Both the position numbers and the translations under genes were made by a program. A stretch of DNA of 64,000 nt, from assembly GCA_030141605.1 (NCBI GenBank), contig JAQGDQ010000321.1, forward strand, positions 124,001 to 188,000, given 5' to 3'. The notes beneath the pieces were generated by a model, which ran no database searches, was not told the DNA's origin, and was given only the letters and a program-made list of their open reading frames with translations. Source of the stretch: Tubiluchus corallicola (Eukaryota; Animalia; Priapulida). Below are positions 12,201 to 23,831 of this stretch, piece after piece (within the stretch, counting starts at the first letter, position 1; each line of letters starts with the position of its first letter).

Positions 12201-15200
12201 AATGTGGCTAGCAATGTGTAAATTATGTTACATTGCGATATAAATATATACATATTTTGAATTCCTTTGCTTAACATGATAAAATTGATATATGTTAGTG
12301 TAATATCTCTGTTAAAGGACGATGACTGATTAGGGTCACCGTATAGTATAATGTTAATGTCATTATTTACGGTAATTAGAAAGAGATTAACAGTGATGAG
12401 TCGAGTATTGTGGAAACGGGGGGCATTCTAGAAAGAAGTGTTTAGGATCTTCAAATGGGGCTCCACATAAACAGTTAGGAGAATGAGCAATATGATTTGC
12501 AAATATATGGGCAACTAGGAAACTGGTGCCTAGCCTCATTCGCGCAAGATGGGTTTGTACCAATCGACAACAAGATAAAAATGAGATGGAGGAGAGCAAG
12601 TTTGGAATTGTTCAAGATCTTCAGGAAGGTCATTCCCGAGGTGTGGATTTGATACGAAGAAGGAATCATGACATAAAGTAGTTCTTGAGTAAGAAGTAGA
12701 GAAATGGTCAGAATTGTGCAAAGCATGGCTACCGGTAACTTGGGAGACAATTGGAGGTAACAGAGTGAATACAAATGTAGGAGTCACGTCATTGATAATT
12801 TTGTAGAATTGAACAAGTTTGTACTGAGTACACTTGACATGCAAAGGTAGGAGTCCCACTTTTGCATACATTCGACTGTGAGAAGTTCCTCTGACAGTTC
12901 CTGTTATTATATGGAAGCCGTCCAGTTGAATTCTTCTAGCTGGGAGGACTGTGTAGCTGTGGAGTAATCCCATATGCAACAGTAATCCCATATTCTAAAG
13001 TGGGTCTTATGAAACTGATATATAAGATCCTGAGAGTTTTCTGGTCTAGCTGGTATTTAAAGCCTCGAATTAAATTTATGATTGTTGACATCAGAGATGG
13101 ATGGGATCAAAGGTGGGTGGAAAGAAATTGGTCTTTTGTTTGAGATAACTAAAGATTCGGTTTTTTGAGGATTAAAAGTGACCAGCCATTTTTTGGACCA
13201 TTGTCACTACATTGTTTGCTTAGTTTCCTGCATAGTTTGTCGTTCAAGAGTGAAGAAATTTATATTGATGTGACAAGCTGTGGATTATAATCTTGATGGG
13301 CTTTTCTGTTGGCCTTACAGCTTTGTTATGAAGAGAATGAAAGAGTGCCCAGTCATGAGAAAAGTTAGACGTTGAGGTCATGATGTTTACGGATAGCAAA
13401 CCAGAGAGCAGGAGTCAACCAAAGCATCAGATAGTCAGGCACAAATGTACTTGTTAGGTATGGACTTGTCAGCAGCAGCAGTAATCCAATCATTTAGTTT
13501 TGACAAACAGTCATCAAGGTGGAGTCTAGCCAGGCAGTGCATTTGGTGGTCTGTAAAATGTACCCAAAAGAAGTTTATTGTTAGAAGACTTTATTTCACA
13601 CCAAATTACTTCATATTGGGGTATTTCAAGTTCTAGATTCCTTTTGCTGAGAAATGAAGTTTTCACGTACACAGCAATTCTCCCATAACTGTCAGCTCGG
13701 TCAGCTCGTATTGGATTTGAAAAACCGGGGATAAGTAATGCGCTGCTACTTACAGTTTGATTAAGTTTTGCTTCTGTGAATGCCAGAATGTCGTATTTAT
13801 TGGTTTCAGGAAGCAAGATTGAGATCTTGAACCGGAAGCTGCAGACTTTGCAATGGAAAATTTTTATTATTGGGACCAGGATTAGGGTGACTGTCCCCAG
13901 ATAGTATGAGTATCATAACCATAAGCATTGCATAGACTGGTGATAATGATTCACAAAAATGGTGCACATTGGTGGCTCAAATTCATAACAGGTGGGGATG
14001 CGTGTTTGACTTAAAAAAATCCGATGATTCTGAACATAGTTTAAATGCATAAAAAAGGTGGTAGAAAGGTGGTTTGGTAAAGCAATTCAGCTCAGGTAAA
14101 CCTCATATGGAATCAAATATGAGGAATGGTTTCGTTGGTTAAGTGGGATTAAGACCTGTTGCTCAAACTGTCCTGACTTGTAAATTAACAATTTAAGATT
14201 TATGTTGTGGAAAATAATAATAGTTACAATTGCAATTTAGTATAGATAAAATTAAACTCATTAAATAATGAAGAATTTATCAAACAAACAAACTCATGCA
14301 TTGCATGCTGCCAGCACTAAACATACTTACTATTAAACAAAAGAAACTTGTAAACTAAATAACTTACCTTTTTCTGGCGAATTTCGAACATGATTTGCAT
14401 CTTTAGCATGAGTGAGCAAGAATGACATGTGAGGTAGATTAGCGTCTTTTACTGACACTAACATCGAAGTTGTAAAAAATCAAAAGAAACAAGTTTTACA
14501 GTAACTTTATAATAAAATAAATTGAATATTCGTAATGAGGGTAGGATTTCAAGTTATAAAAGCTATATTATAGTGAAGGTTTAGTTTGACTTTAATAATT
14601 TTTGTGCTTAGTTTTGCCGCAGCAGTTATAGTCGTAGACAGAGACATTTATTAATCTCATTAAAAACACCTAGGTACAAGGAAGACTGATTACATGCATA
14701 TGATAGCAATTCAAGAAATGTAGAAATGTATATACTGCATGAAAGTATGTGTCAGAAAAACAACCTTTCTTTATACTGTACATGGTTTGCTTTTCCTAGT
14801 TTTCAGTTGTTCTAATAATGCTCTGGCCAGAATTAAAAGTTACTATTCGCATGTAAAAGGCTTTTACTTAGTTTACAATTTTTTTATAAACATATTTGTT
14901 TACATAGAATTGTCAATAAAGCAGCAAGCTGCTTACCTCATGATTCTTCTGTATAGATATTAAAGAATTAACACCCACTTGTGTCCACTACAATGACAAT
15001 GCTCCACACTTGGACCTCTTCTTTTCCTAATTTACATAAATGATTTACCCAGATCTACTAATTTTAATACCCGCTTATTTGCTGATGATACTAGTCTTTT
15101 CCTTTCCGACAACAATTTAATATCCTTACAAAACCGAACTAATACAGAATTAAACAAAATTGACAATTGGATGAGAGCCAATAGATTATCAGTTATTTAC

Positions 15201-18200
15201 CGTATGTTAATAGCAATAAATTGTCACCACAAGATTATGCACTCTGTAAAATTAAAATGGGTGTTAAGCCTATAATACAGAGTAACTGTGTCAAATATTT
15301 AGGATTATTTATGGACAGCAATATGAAATGGAAAACGCATATCGACACTATAACAACGAAACTCAACAAAACTGCTGGAATATTTGCAAAAATTCGTCAC
15401 ATTGTGAACACTTCTATACTCCAAACTATCTATTACGCACTGGTATATCCATATCTACAATACTGCGTGTTGGCATGGAAACAAGCCAAACTGTTTATAT
15501 TGCAACCAGCCTATAATTACCATTCCGAACAAAATTGTTAAAATCATAACATTCGCTCCTTCCTACAGCCAACTACAGCTATTAAAACTGAAAGATATTT
15601 TTAACCTTGAAATGTTTAAATGCATGTATAAATTTAAGAATAATATTCTGCCTGAACTCTTTAAAAATTTTTTTACTTATATGTGTAATGTCCACACTTA
15701 TTGCACACGGTCTACCAGCAAAGGAAATTTTTTTCAAAAACGATTCGAATCATCTTATAGCTTAAATAGTATACAACATAATGTTCAACACTCTGGAATA
15801 ATTTATCCTCTGAGCTGAAGTCGTGCACATTTTTGACTTCAGCAATGAAAAACTTTAAAAAAATATTATTGAATAAGTACTCCCTCTGAATCTATCAACT
15901 ATGCACTTAAGTGTTTTATGCACGTGTGGTCATCTTCTTTCTTGTCTATGTATTTTCTTGTGCTTTTTTTAATTAATGATTTTAATCGTTGAAACCCACA
16001 CTCCTAAAAATTCTGGAAACGACTACCACTATCTGTATACTGGTATTAATCAAAAATTAATCTATATATCTCAAAGTCACCAAAAGTATGACACTTTATA
16101 ATTGTTCTTGATAATATTTCCTCATGAAAAAAATTGTCTTTTTATACATTATGATCAAACATGTATTTGTCTTTTTCTTTATTCATAGCAATTTGCAAGT
16201 TCCCTGTTTTACAAAATAGTATTATTTTATTTTCTGTTTGTAATTCACGCTTCTATACTCTCTAAAATTTGATTAAAGGAGTTACTGGGGAAAAACTAAA
16301 ATTAAAAAACCAACACCATAAAAAATAACTTTATTATTTGTCTACAATGCTGATTTGAATTATTTATTTCACTTTATATAGGGGAAGGGAGTAAAAGACC
16401 GTATGGTCATTCCCTTTCCCCACACTATTTAAATATTTACTTATCAACTGACTACAATCTGTATAGTTCTTATGTCTTATGTCTTACAATTGAATAAGAT
16501 ACACCTGCAATTATAAAAAAATGTTTCCTGCTTTTACAAATAAGCATTGTAATAATTGAAAAAACTGATGTCAATCGGAGAGATTATGTAAGAGCAATAA
16601 GTAGCTTGAGAATAAGATAATAAAGATAGTTAGGCGTAACTTGAATAAGATTGATAACAATGACATAGTTTGAGAAAAAGAGAAACAACCGCACACAAAC
16701 TGTCATCGAAACTACAGAACTAAGTATGGAAGAGATCCATGAGGTTATGTGAAAGACATCGTGTATCGAACAAAGATACGGGACATTACTGACTTGAAGC
16801 AAAGGATTTCTGATGCCATCGCCACCATTGATGAGGCAATGCTACAGCGAACATGGCAAGAAATGGAGTACCGTCTTGATGTACTTCGTGCAACTAATGA
16901 TGCCCATATAAAAGTGTATTAAATGAGTTAAAAAAACTGACAACCACTGATTACATTAGAACAAATCTAGTTAACAAATCTTGTCAACTGCCTTTGTAAT
17001 AAATTTTTAAAGCTGTAAAGAGACTTTATAGACACCCTGTACATCTGTGTTTCTAACATAAGCAGATAGTTAACATAGCCAGAGAGATCATTAAATCCAC
17101 AAAGCAGGCGCTTACATTTTTTGGTAACGGAGCATGCAATAAAATTCATGTAAGGTTGACCGTTAATTTTCCATATGATCTAACATCGGCTAGACGTCTT
17201 CTGAGTGTGCTGACAGTTTAATAACTGCTTTCAAGACCCAGTTCGAATATGTAATTTTTGAGGCTTTTGGGTTTTTTGCCCAAACTTGGGATCATTTGCC
17301 TAAAATGTGCACACTTTAAAAAATGCGAGGTTGTTTTTAACGGAAAATGAAATGCGATTTTTTGCGGTTACAGATGGTAACTCCACTTCATGATGTATTT
17401 GCTAAAAAGGGAGTGATGCCTCTGCAATCGATAATGGTAATACTTTGCTATTGATACCAGATACTGTTAAGATTTGTTATGTAGACATTCAACAATATGT
17501 AACAAATCACAAAATTTTTCATTATGTAACAATTTTGTATCATGTAAAACTGTGTATCTTAATTAATGTAATGTAATTTAACCCTTGGAGTTTTTAATAA
17601 ACTTTTTAAACTTTTAAAGTAACAAAAATTAATCAAAATCTGCCTGAGTAGACAGATGAGATGAGCATTTTTTGTATCTCTTGATAGAAATAATAAAACA
17701 AACCTCTCTAGGCTAGACGACAAAACAGACCAGCTACAAACAACTGATAGGTCAGATCTCAGGTAGATTCAGAGACCCCAAGAAAATCAGACACAGACTA
17801 GGCCTCTGGAGTCCAGTTCCCAAACAGACTAGTCAAGACCTGACCACTGATAGATCAGCCTTTGAGCAAACCTGTGACGACCAGACCCAAGGTTGATCAG
17901 CCCCATACAGGTTTCAGAGAGATCAGCCTCAGGTCGGATCTCTGATAGATCAGACCGCAGTCAGACCAGACTACAGACAGATCACCAACCAGACCAAATT
18001 GAGCCACAGCCAGACCCACATCCAACACAGAAAGAAATTGGCCCACTCCAGTAATTAAAGCAAAACGAGGCTTTGACAAGGCTTTTTCACTGACCTTAAG
18101 CAATCCTGAATTAGTTTGTTACATAGTGATTGTTACATAATGGTGAAAAATTTGTTACATAATGCTGCATTATTACACAATGAATTTTTCGTTACAGAAA

Positions 18201-18716
18201 AAATGCTACACAATATTGAAAAATTTATTACATAATTTGTAATTTATTACATAATGAGCCTTTTTGTGACAGAAAAAAGAACTTAAAGAACCTTAACAAT
18301 ATCCTTTGTTTATCAGCAGAAAATTTTAAAATTTATTTGTATGTGATATGTTGTTTCACAATATGGTACTAAGCAGTGTAAAAGAATTGTTTGCATATCA
18401 CATGAAGTAAAATATCTTGCTTTGAATATATACAGAGCTTTAATGAATGGAAATGCAGCATTTTTACTTTTGACTTTAGCTCACTGACTTTAGATGTGTT
18501 TTTACTGCAAGCAACTCATGGTTAATGGCTGGCAGATTCATTTAACATCATACGAATTTGCATTTTCTAGGACACAACTTCTAAATGGCACCGTTTAATG
18601 TTAGATGAATTGACAAATCAACATCACATTAGTCGATTTACTCTTCCAATGGACCTTAAAGAACTTGAACGTATGTTGTAATTTGGCACTCACTAAATTT
18701 TTTGTTTTTCGTCTCC

Positions 18717-18799
<83 letters not shown>

Positions 18800-21700
18800 G
18801 ACCTTCCGCCCTCTCTCGTTTCTTAGCATTTCATTTTAACAGCTTTTTTTCATTTTTGAAACTTTTGACGCGTATTTTCTAAACTGGAATTATATGTCAC
18901 AATATATTTACGTTTCAGAAATGTCTCCACTAGAATACATTAAAAAGTTTTGCCGTGTCATGTCTTACAAAGAGGCAATGCTGTACAAAACTTTCATCAA
19001 GTTCAAAAACAAAGCCGGACATCTACCAATGGCAGTAAGAATTTTTTTAGATAGATATTTAGTACTATAATGCCAGCAGAATTTTGCTGTTAATATTCCG
19101 TTGAGTCGCATCCAGTATTTAATGTACTGTTTAGCATGTTTAACCATGGTGATATAACGGTTGGCTGTAGATTAATTTTCTTAGATGGCCATATATCTGC
19201 AAAGGCAGTAAAATGTTTGAACATATCAATTTCTAAATGAATTAATGTGTAAACGTTTTCTTACAGTGTTTTCCAGACACAAGAATAAGCATTTGATGCA
19301 TTTGACATGCCTTATGACCAAGAGTTAGAAGCTTCTACTTAACTAACGCACACAGCACAACATACATACTTACACACACACAAGACATACATTATAATTA
19401 TTACGTTTACTGTTTCTAACGTTCACAGATCATTCGGAAATTCATTGTTTATTATCTACTGTACATATTTATTATAAATTATAATTTATGTGGTCTGTCT
19501 CTAAATATTAGGACGCAGAACTAATTTTGCTGTCACAGTATCATATAACATACAACTTTAACAGTATATGTTCCACTATAAAAATAGTACAACTTTTAGA
19601 CTGCTTTTGGTATTTAATTAAAGTACTGCAGAGTCATCCAGAAAAAACGTCCTACAAATTAACTCACAACCCTTTATCCAGGTAGAAGAATTTGAAAAGA
19701 CATCAACATCTCTGTGTAGCCCAGCTGTAAATTTTCCTGCAAGACCCGCCTAGCACCACTAGTACATTTTTATACATGTTGTTCCATGCTTATTTTATAA
19801 ATAAGCAATCATTTTTCGAGATTTTTCACTCACCATTCCTAGAGAAACATCGCATTGAAAATATGTCCTAACGGGCTTGGTGGTGTCTTGGAGGGAAATT
19901 TATGGGTCTTTGAAAAGAGAAATATCCGAGCTATGAGTTAGTTTTGATGGTACATTATTTTCATGACTACCCTGTACTTTTTCTTTACAATTTTTTATAT
20001 CTTCTTGGTGTTAACTGTTGTCGTTAATTATCTTTTAGCAACTTCGACTTGCTCTGCAAGACGTCTACCCGGACACACTGCATACCATACCCTGGCAGAA
20101 AGCTTGTGACTTCATTGGTTTACCGAAAGATGAAATTGATTTTAGGACTTTTGCTGGTCTTTGCACTCTTTCCGAGCGCATGTTTTGGAGCAGAGATGAA
20201 TCATGGTAGGTATTCATGTAAGCATGTATAAACAGCACCTGAAAACCTCTGGTTGTATATGCATAGTAGCCAAAGTTAAGCAATGCTGGGCTAGTTTAAT
20301 ACAGTAGGCGCCACTTAATAGACTCATTCACTTAATTGACACAAAAATGCCTGGTACGGACCGCTTCTATTCAAATGTACATAAATATTGTCGGTAATTG
20401 ACTCAAATAACTTCGCATAATTGACTCAATATTTTTGTTTTACATGCTTCAATAAGGCACTTTCCTGTGACTAATAAGGTTTTATGACTTTCATAGCATC
20501 TTAGTTCAGTTTTGTCCGCTTTGTTCCTGTTTTGTTTGTAAGCAGGAATGTTTGTCATATTGCTAGTATGCTAGCCTACTGGTTTGCTTTGACCGACCCG
20601 TCCATTGCAATTAACCTGGTTACCCAAGAATTCCTGGCAGCTAAACATTTAATTCACTTTCTTAGTGGTTTGCGTTTGAAGCTCAGGCTGTCTTTGCCAG
20701 AAAGTTTAATCAGTTACATGTTGCTGTTATGCCAGGGACCCAGGTACAGTACAGTAAGTACGTCACAATCATAGCAAGCCGGAGCTTAGGCGAAGCTACA
20801 GACGAAGCTGCGAGGAAACACAAGCACCACCAACAGTTTAAGCGTGCCATGCACTAAATATTTTACGAGAATTTGTGCATCATACAACAACAGATTTTCA
20901 ACGTTTTTATCATTATGAGAACTTTGTGAGCCAACTTCTTCGCGATAAAATGAAGCAGCCAACGTTGAAGGAATTTTTATGATTTTTACAAATAAACAGA
21001 CTTGTGTGATTTAGAAAAGTATACTTTTTTATTTATTGCTAATTCACTTATATAAATTAATATTTTCAAATATTTTTTCTAATTTTTAACTGCACAAAGA
21101 AATTGCAGTGCATACTAAGCTGGTGATACTTCTATACCAGTAAAGCTACACCCAACCAATGGCACGCCTGAATTAAAGTTATTTCCTACTACCTGAACAA
21201 TGCACACTTATAACTGCACGTTTTATAAAGTTAATCTGTTAAAAGTGTTTTAAGCTGCAATATCATTGTTCAAAAGGATAGTACAATGGCATCACTTTTG
21301 CTCTGAAGTATAAACTTTTTCCTAGGCGATGAACTAATACCTTTGCTGGCCAGCAAATTCCCGAACAAAGCAGAATAGCTCATTAACTTATAGCATCATT
21401 TATGTTCACAATCATGCAAACAAGTTTTTTCGGACATCTAACTTTAATTCTCTTTTCTTTAATCGAGGGTCTCAACCCAAAGCATTACTCATCTGGATGT
21501 TTTTCTTGTTCTTATTATTTCTGTTTTTGTTCTTGTCCTTGGGAATGATCCTCTTCCCTATAAAAAGCCTATAAGACTCCTGAATTTGCAATGGATTGTC
21601 ATGAAAAGTCACACAAATGTGCTAGAATTCTGGATCGACTAGCAGAATCAGATTTTAGATCCGCCACATAGAATTGACGATGGTGGCAGTAAACATCATT

Positions 21701-23831
21701 TTCAAAAAAGCCCAAGGTCTGCAAATTTGCAATAGGTTGTCACAAAGCTTTACAAGAAATGCTACACTGTAGAATAAATTACGCATCATTTGACAGAATT
21801 TTGATTTTTGATCTACGATTTTGAATTCAAGATAGCAGCGATAACATTATTTTCACAAAAAGGGTAAAGCTCTGCCGATTCACAATTGATAGTCAAGAAA
21901 TTTATCTTTCAGAAATATATATTAGAGCAAATTCCGCACTGACTGGTAGAGTCGAATTTTTAATCTACCATCTTGAATTCTAGATTGGTCGCAGCAATAA
22001 CATCATGACACTCTGCAGGAATATACTAGAATGAATTCTGCATTGATTGACAGAGTCAGATTCTCAAAATCCTATCTTAAATTCAAGATAGTGGCACTCA
22101 TGTCATTTCTAATCCACGATCTTGAATTCGGCGAGTCCCATGACCAATAGTTCAAGTTGAACTTGTTTAGATGATTGAATTTTTTAACATACAAGATTGT
22201 GTTTGAAGTAATCTGAACTCTGGTGAAATGTGAACCAGGTTTTTGTTTCCAGGATTAGAAAAGCTAATAGGCAATGCGATGAGTTGGAGAGAGCTGACTT
22301 TCATGGCTTAAATTTTAAGCTAAAGGGGATAAATGTTCCTCCTGGTACCGAGCGATTACTTTATTGTATACAAAATGGTGAGTTCAACTCTTCAATTGTG
22401 TGAGATAATCTATTACAGAATGCGTAGTCTCAATGCATAGGACAGGCCAAAGTTTTTTGTTATAGTAATAGACTACACTTGAAAATAATCTTGATCAGTC
22501 TTGGGTAGCATAACAACTCAGCAGTCTAGAATCAGTTTAAGCTTTCCTGGCAATTATTGTATCTACACATTTTTCTGATATGTATATATATATCTGCTTG
22601 CTCTCAATGGAATTGAATGTAGAAATGTTTGGTTTTTGAATGCAGTTTCGCAAAACATTTTGGAGCTTCACAGCATATCAAACTGAAGATTCATTCAGAA
22701 TATTCACTGGATAAAAATAAAAAAATCCACAAAAACGAGTAGTTTTCTTACCGTCAAAATTAATTTTGTCAAATGAGCTTCTGGCTTTCGTCCCCCTTTC
22801 TGTGACAATTAGTAACCATATTTGGCTATGTACTATTTTATAACTGAATCTAGGTAAGTTTTGTTTGTAATAATATTGTACCATTAGTAGATATACTTCA
22901 TATGAAAAATGCACGTTACGAGTTCATTATGAAATTGAATGTCAGTTTACTAATTTCGGAGCATTTAGCTGTTTGCTTGACACTGCTATCTAAGAGGAAG
23001 GCCAGAATATGTAACTTACATTTGCATTTGCTTTAAACATTTAAATGGATAATTTTCACCATGTATGAGACACCATTTTGCTATTAGTATAACGTAAACA
23101 CCTCTCCAGCTTGAACAGTGATATTTTGTTGCTAAATATCACTTTATCTTTAGCCCAATATTCTGATATAATCCATCATTTTCCTGAGGTGTTCGAGCTG
23201 GAGAAACATTGTCTAAATATATTGTAAAGTACAACTCAGCTATATGTATGTAAATATGGATATCGATGATCATAAATATCATATCATAAACCTGATATAG
23301 AGTTTATGGATTCGAGATTATAAATGTTCATATTGTAATAATGGTTTGATTACTATCTCTTATTATCCCTTTAACTATTTCAATTTTTAATAGAGAACAT
23401 GGTAATTTATGATCGTGTTTTTAATGTGTCTTTTAGAATATAGGTTGGATAATTTTATGAGTATACATATGTATTCTAAAGTTTTAAACAATGTTTATAG
23501 GTATGTTAAATGTCTATGTAAATGCTTTTGTTAACTATGTAAGCATTTAAGCAAATTCTTTATTTTTCAAATCATGAAAGATATAAATTGTATGTTACAT
23601 AGCAAACAATTCCTTAGCTTTATTTGCAATTTTTCGCTATGTGTTTAGACCTATTTGACATAATTTAAGATGCATTTAATCAACGACTTTTTAATTAATT
23701 GATTAGCTGTAAACATGCCACGTACAAGAGTAAGACTTGGTTCACTAACACCTCGTGCCAGCCATAAAAAGAGAAGGAGATCGAGTAATAAAAAGCGTAA
23801 AAGATCTAGCCTCGTAAAGCCACGACTTTGA
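267..23831 (+). CDS. Multi-exon gene, 5' end outside window: uncharacterised protein with long S/P/R/E-rich disordered region and a C-terminal EF-hand-like domain
   Basis: Phase-compatible AG/GT exons: 267-407, 835-906, 4751-4828, 5908-6048, 7440-7511, 7729-8523, 10283-10427, 11289-11506, 18571-18670, 18919-19034, 20039-20205, 22253-22377, 23707-23831 (TGA). The joined C-terminus reads SRFTLPMDLKELEQMSPLEYIKKFCRV...QLRLALQDV...EIDFRTFAGLCTLSERMF...ELERADFHGLNFKLKGINVP. IDFRTF resembles the I-D-F-x-E-F exit of an EF-hand. Small exons may be missed. Confidence 0.8.
1174..3297. repeat. Intronic 37-bp tandem array (about 57 units) with palindromic core GGAACTAGTTCC
   Basis: Unit AGAAAAAGGAACTAGTTCCAGTT(C/T)TAA(GC/CT)TCCTCT(AC/GT) repeated head-to-tail. 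Degenerate lead-in from about 1100. Confidence 0.97.
3298..3920 (+). mobile_element. pogo/Tigger-type DNA transposon 5' fragment (TIR plus decayed transposase N-terminus)
   Basis: Starts after TA with TAGTAGTCGCCGCTTAATAGACTC, similar to the element at 20301. Near 3836 it reads MKHKCKDLTVKEKLKILES, like the N-terminal HTH of pogo/CENP-B family transposases. Right boundary uncertain. Confidence 0.7.
5013..5724. mobile_element. hAT-like MITE
   Basis: Degenerate termini CAGGACCATCTT ... AAGATTGCCCTG with GC-rich subterminal tracts. Flanks GTCTATTA / GTCAGCTA partly match as an 8-bp TSD. Confidence 0.55.
7021..7372. repeat. Local direct duplication (about 133 bp at 7021-7153 and 7238-7372) separated by a (TA)n tract
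   Basis: Both copies start TACATCATTTGGCTTTTAACTACTGAA and end ATTTTCAAGA. Confidence 0.85.
7729..8523 (+). CDS. Large internal exon of the + strand gene (S/T/P/R-rich, 265 codons)
   Basis: Lies within ORF 7711..8598. Acceptor CATCTCAG|CAT, donor CAG|GTGATG, phase 0-0. Confidence 0.85.
9462..10139. mobile_element. Tigger/pogo-type MITE, same family as 57576-58072
   Basis: Inverted termini AAGTCCTCGCTTAACGA ... TCATTAAGCGAGGACTT. Subterminal AAAATGAAACGTG...AAAAAAxGTGTCAxATGTTCAGC is shared with the 57.6-58.1 kb copy. Confidence 0.75.
10198..10257. repeat. Perfect 60-bp palindrome centred on (TA)n
   Basis: ATTGATTATCAGACATAC-(AT)n-GTATGTCTGATAATCAAT. Confidence 0.9.
11650..13960 (-). mobile_element. 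Decayed, internally deleted CR1/L2-group LINE (APE endonuclease, RT C-terminal part, 3' UTR)
   Basis: 13526..13816 encodes an APE endonuclease (YDILAFTE, RADR, EVIWCEI, LGTFYRPPN). About 12970-13200 reads WSKKWLVTFNPQKTE and LYISFIRPTLEYG. 12387..12599 gives the C-terminal CLCG...EDPKHFFLECP zinc motif. The RT catalytic core is absent and there are frameshifts. 3' boundary approximate. Confidence 0.88.
15003..15890 (+). mobile_element. 5'-truncated CR1/L2-group LINE reverse transcriptase relic
   Basis: Reads STLGPLLFLIYINDLP...RLFADDT, then VKYLGLFMDSNMKWKTHI and IYYALVYPYLQYCVLAW. Broken by frameshifts and stops. Confidence 0.9.
16670..17039 (+). mobile_element. Internally deleted Tc1/mariner-superfamily element (rosa/maT-like)
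   Basis: An N-terminal remnant RNYRTKYGRDP is fused to the C-terminus GYVKDIVYRTKIRDITDLKQRISDAIATIDEAMLQRTWQEMEYRLDVLRATNDAHIKVY*. Right TIR ...ACTTTATAGACACCCTG is followed by TA. Confidence 0.8.
17475..18262. repeat. Foldback-like structure: ATGTAAC-type repeats left, GTTACATAAT-type repeats right, CAGAC/GATCAG low-complexity core
   Basis: TATGTAACAA recurs at about 17480-17550 and (G/A)TTACATAAT at about 18115-18260, in opposite orientation. Core at about 17700-18030. Confidence 0.55.
18720..18797. repeat. (CT)n microsatellite
   Basis: Direct reading. Confidence 0.98.
19629..19974. mobile_element. Degenerate Tc1/mariner-type MITE
   Basis: Right end ...CATGACTACCCTG+TA. Left end CAGAGTCATCCAGAAAAAACGTCCTACAAATTAACTCA loosely matches its reverse complement. 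Confidence 0.4.
20301..21010 (+). mobile_element. Internally deleted pogo/Tigger element (5' TIR plus transposase C-terminus)
   Basis: TA|CAGTAGGCGCCACTTAATAGACTC, with the first few hundred bp similar to the element at 3298. About 20820-20982 reads APPTV*ACHALNILREFV...KMKQPTLKEFL*, resembling the PIP-box tail of pogo transposases. Confidence 0.75.
21620..22130. repeat. Old about 100-150-bp tandem repeat (about 4 degenerate units)
   Basis: Recurring TAGAAT..ATTC.GCA.TGA.TG.CAGA.TC.GATTTT..ATC..C.AT.TTGAATTCAAGAT.G..GC..TAACAT.ATTT, with a dyad TCTTGAATTCAAGA-like core. Confidence 0.7.

Noticed and set aside
20049-20231. Secreted peptide MKLILGLLLVFALFPSACFG
   Set aside because: Alternate frame of exon 20039-20205, whose other frame fits both flanking splice phases and the conserved domain.
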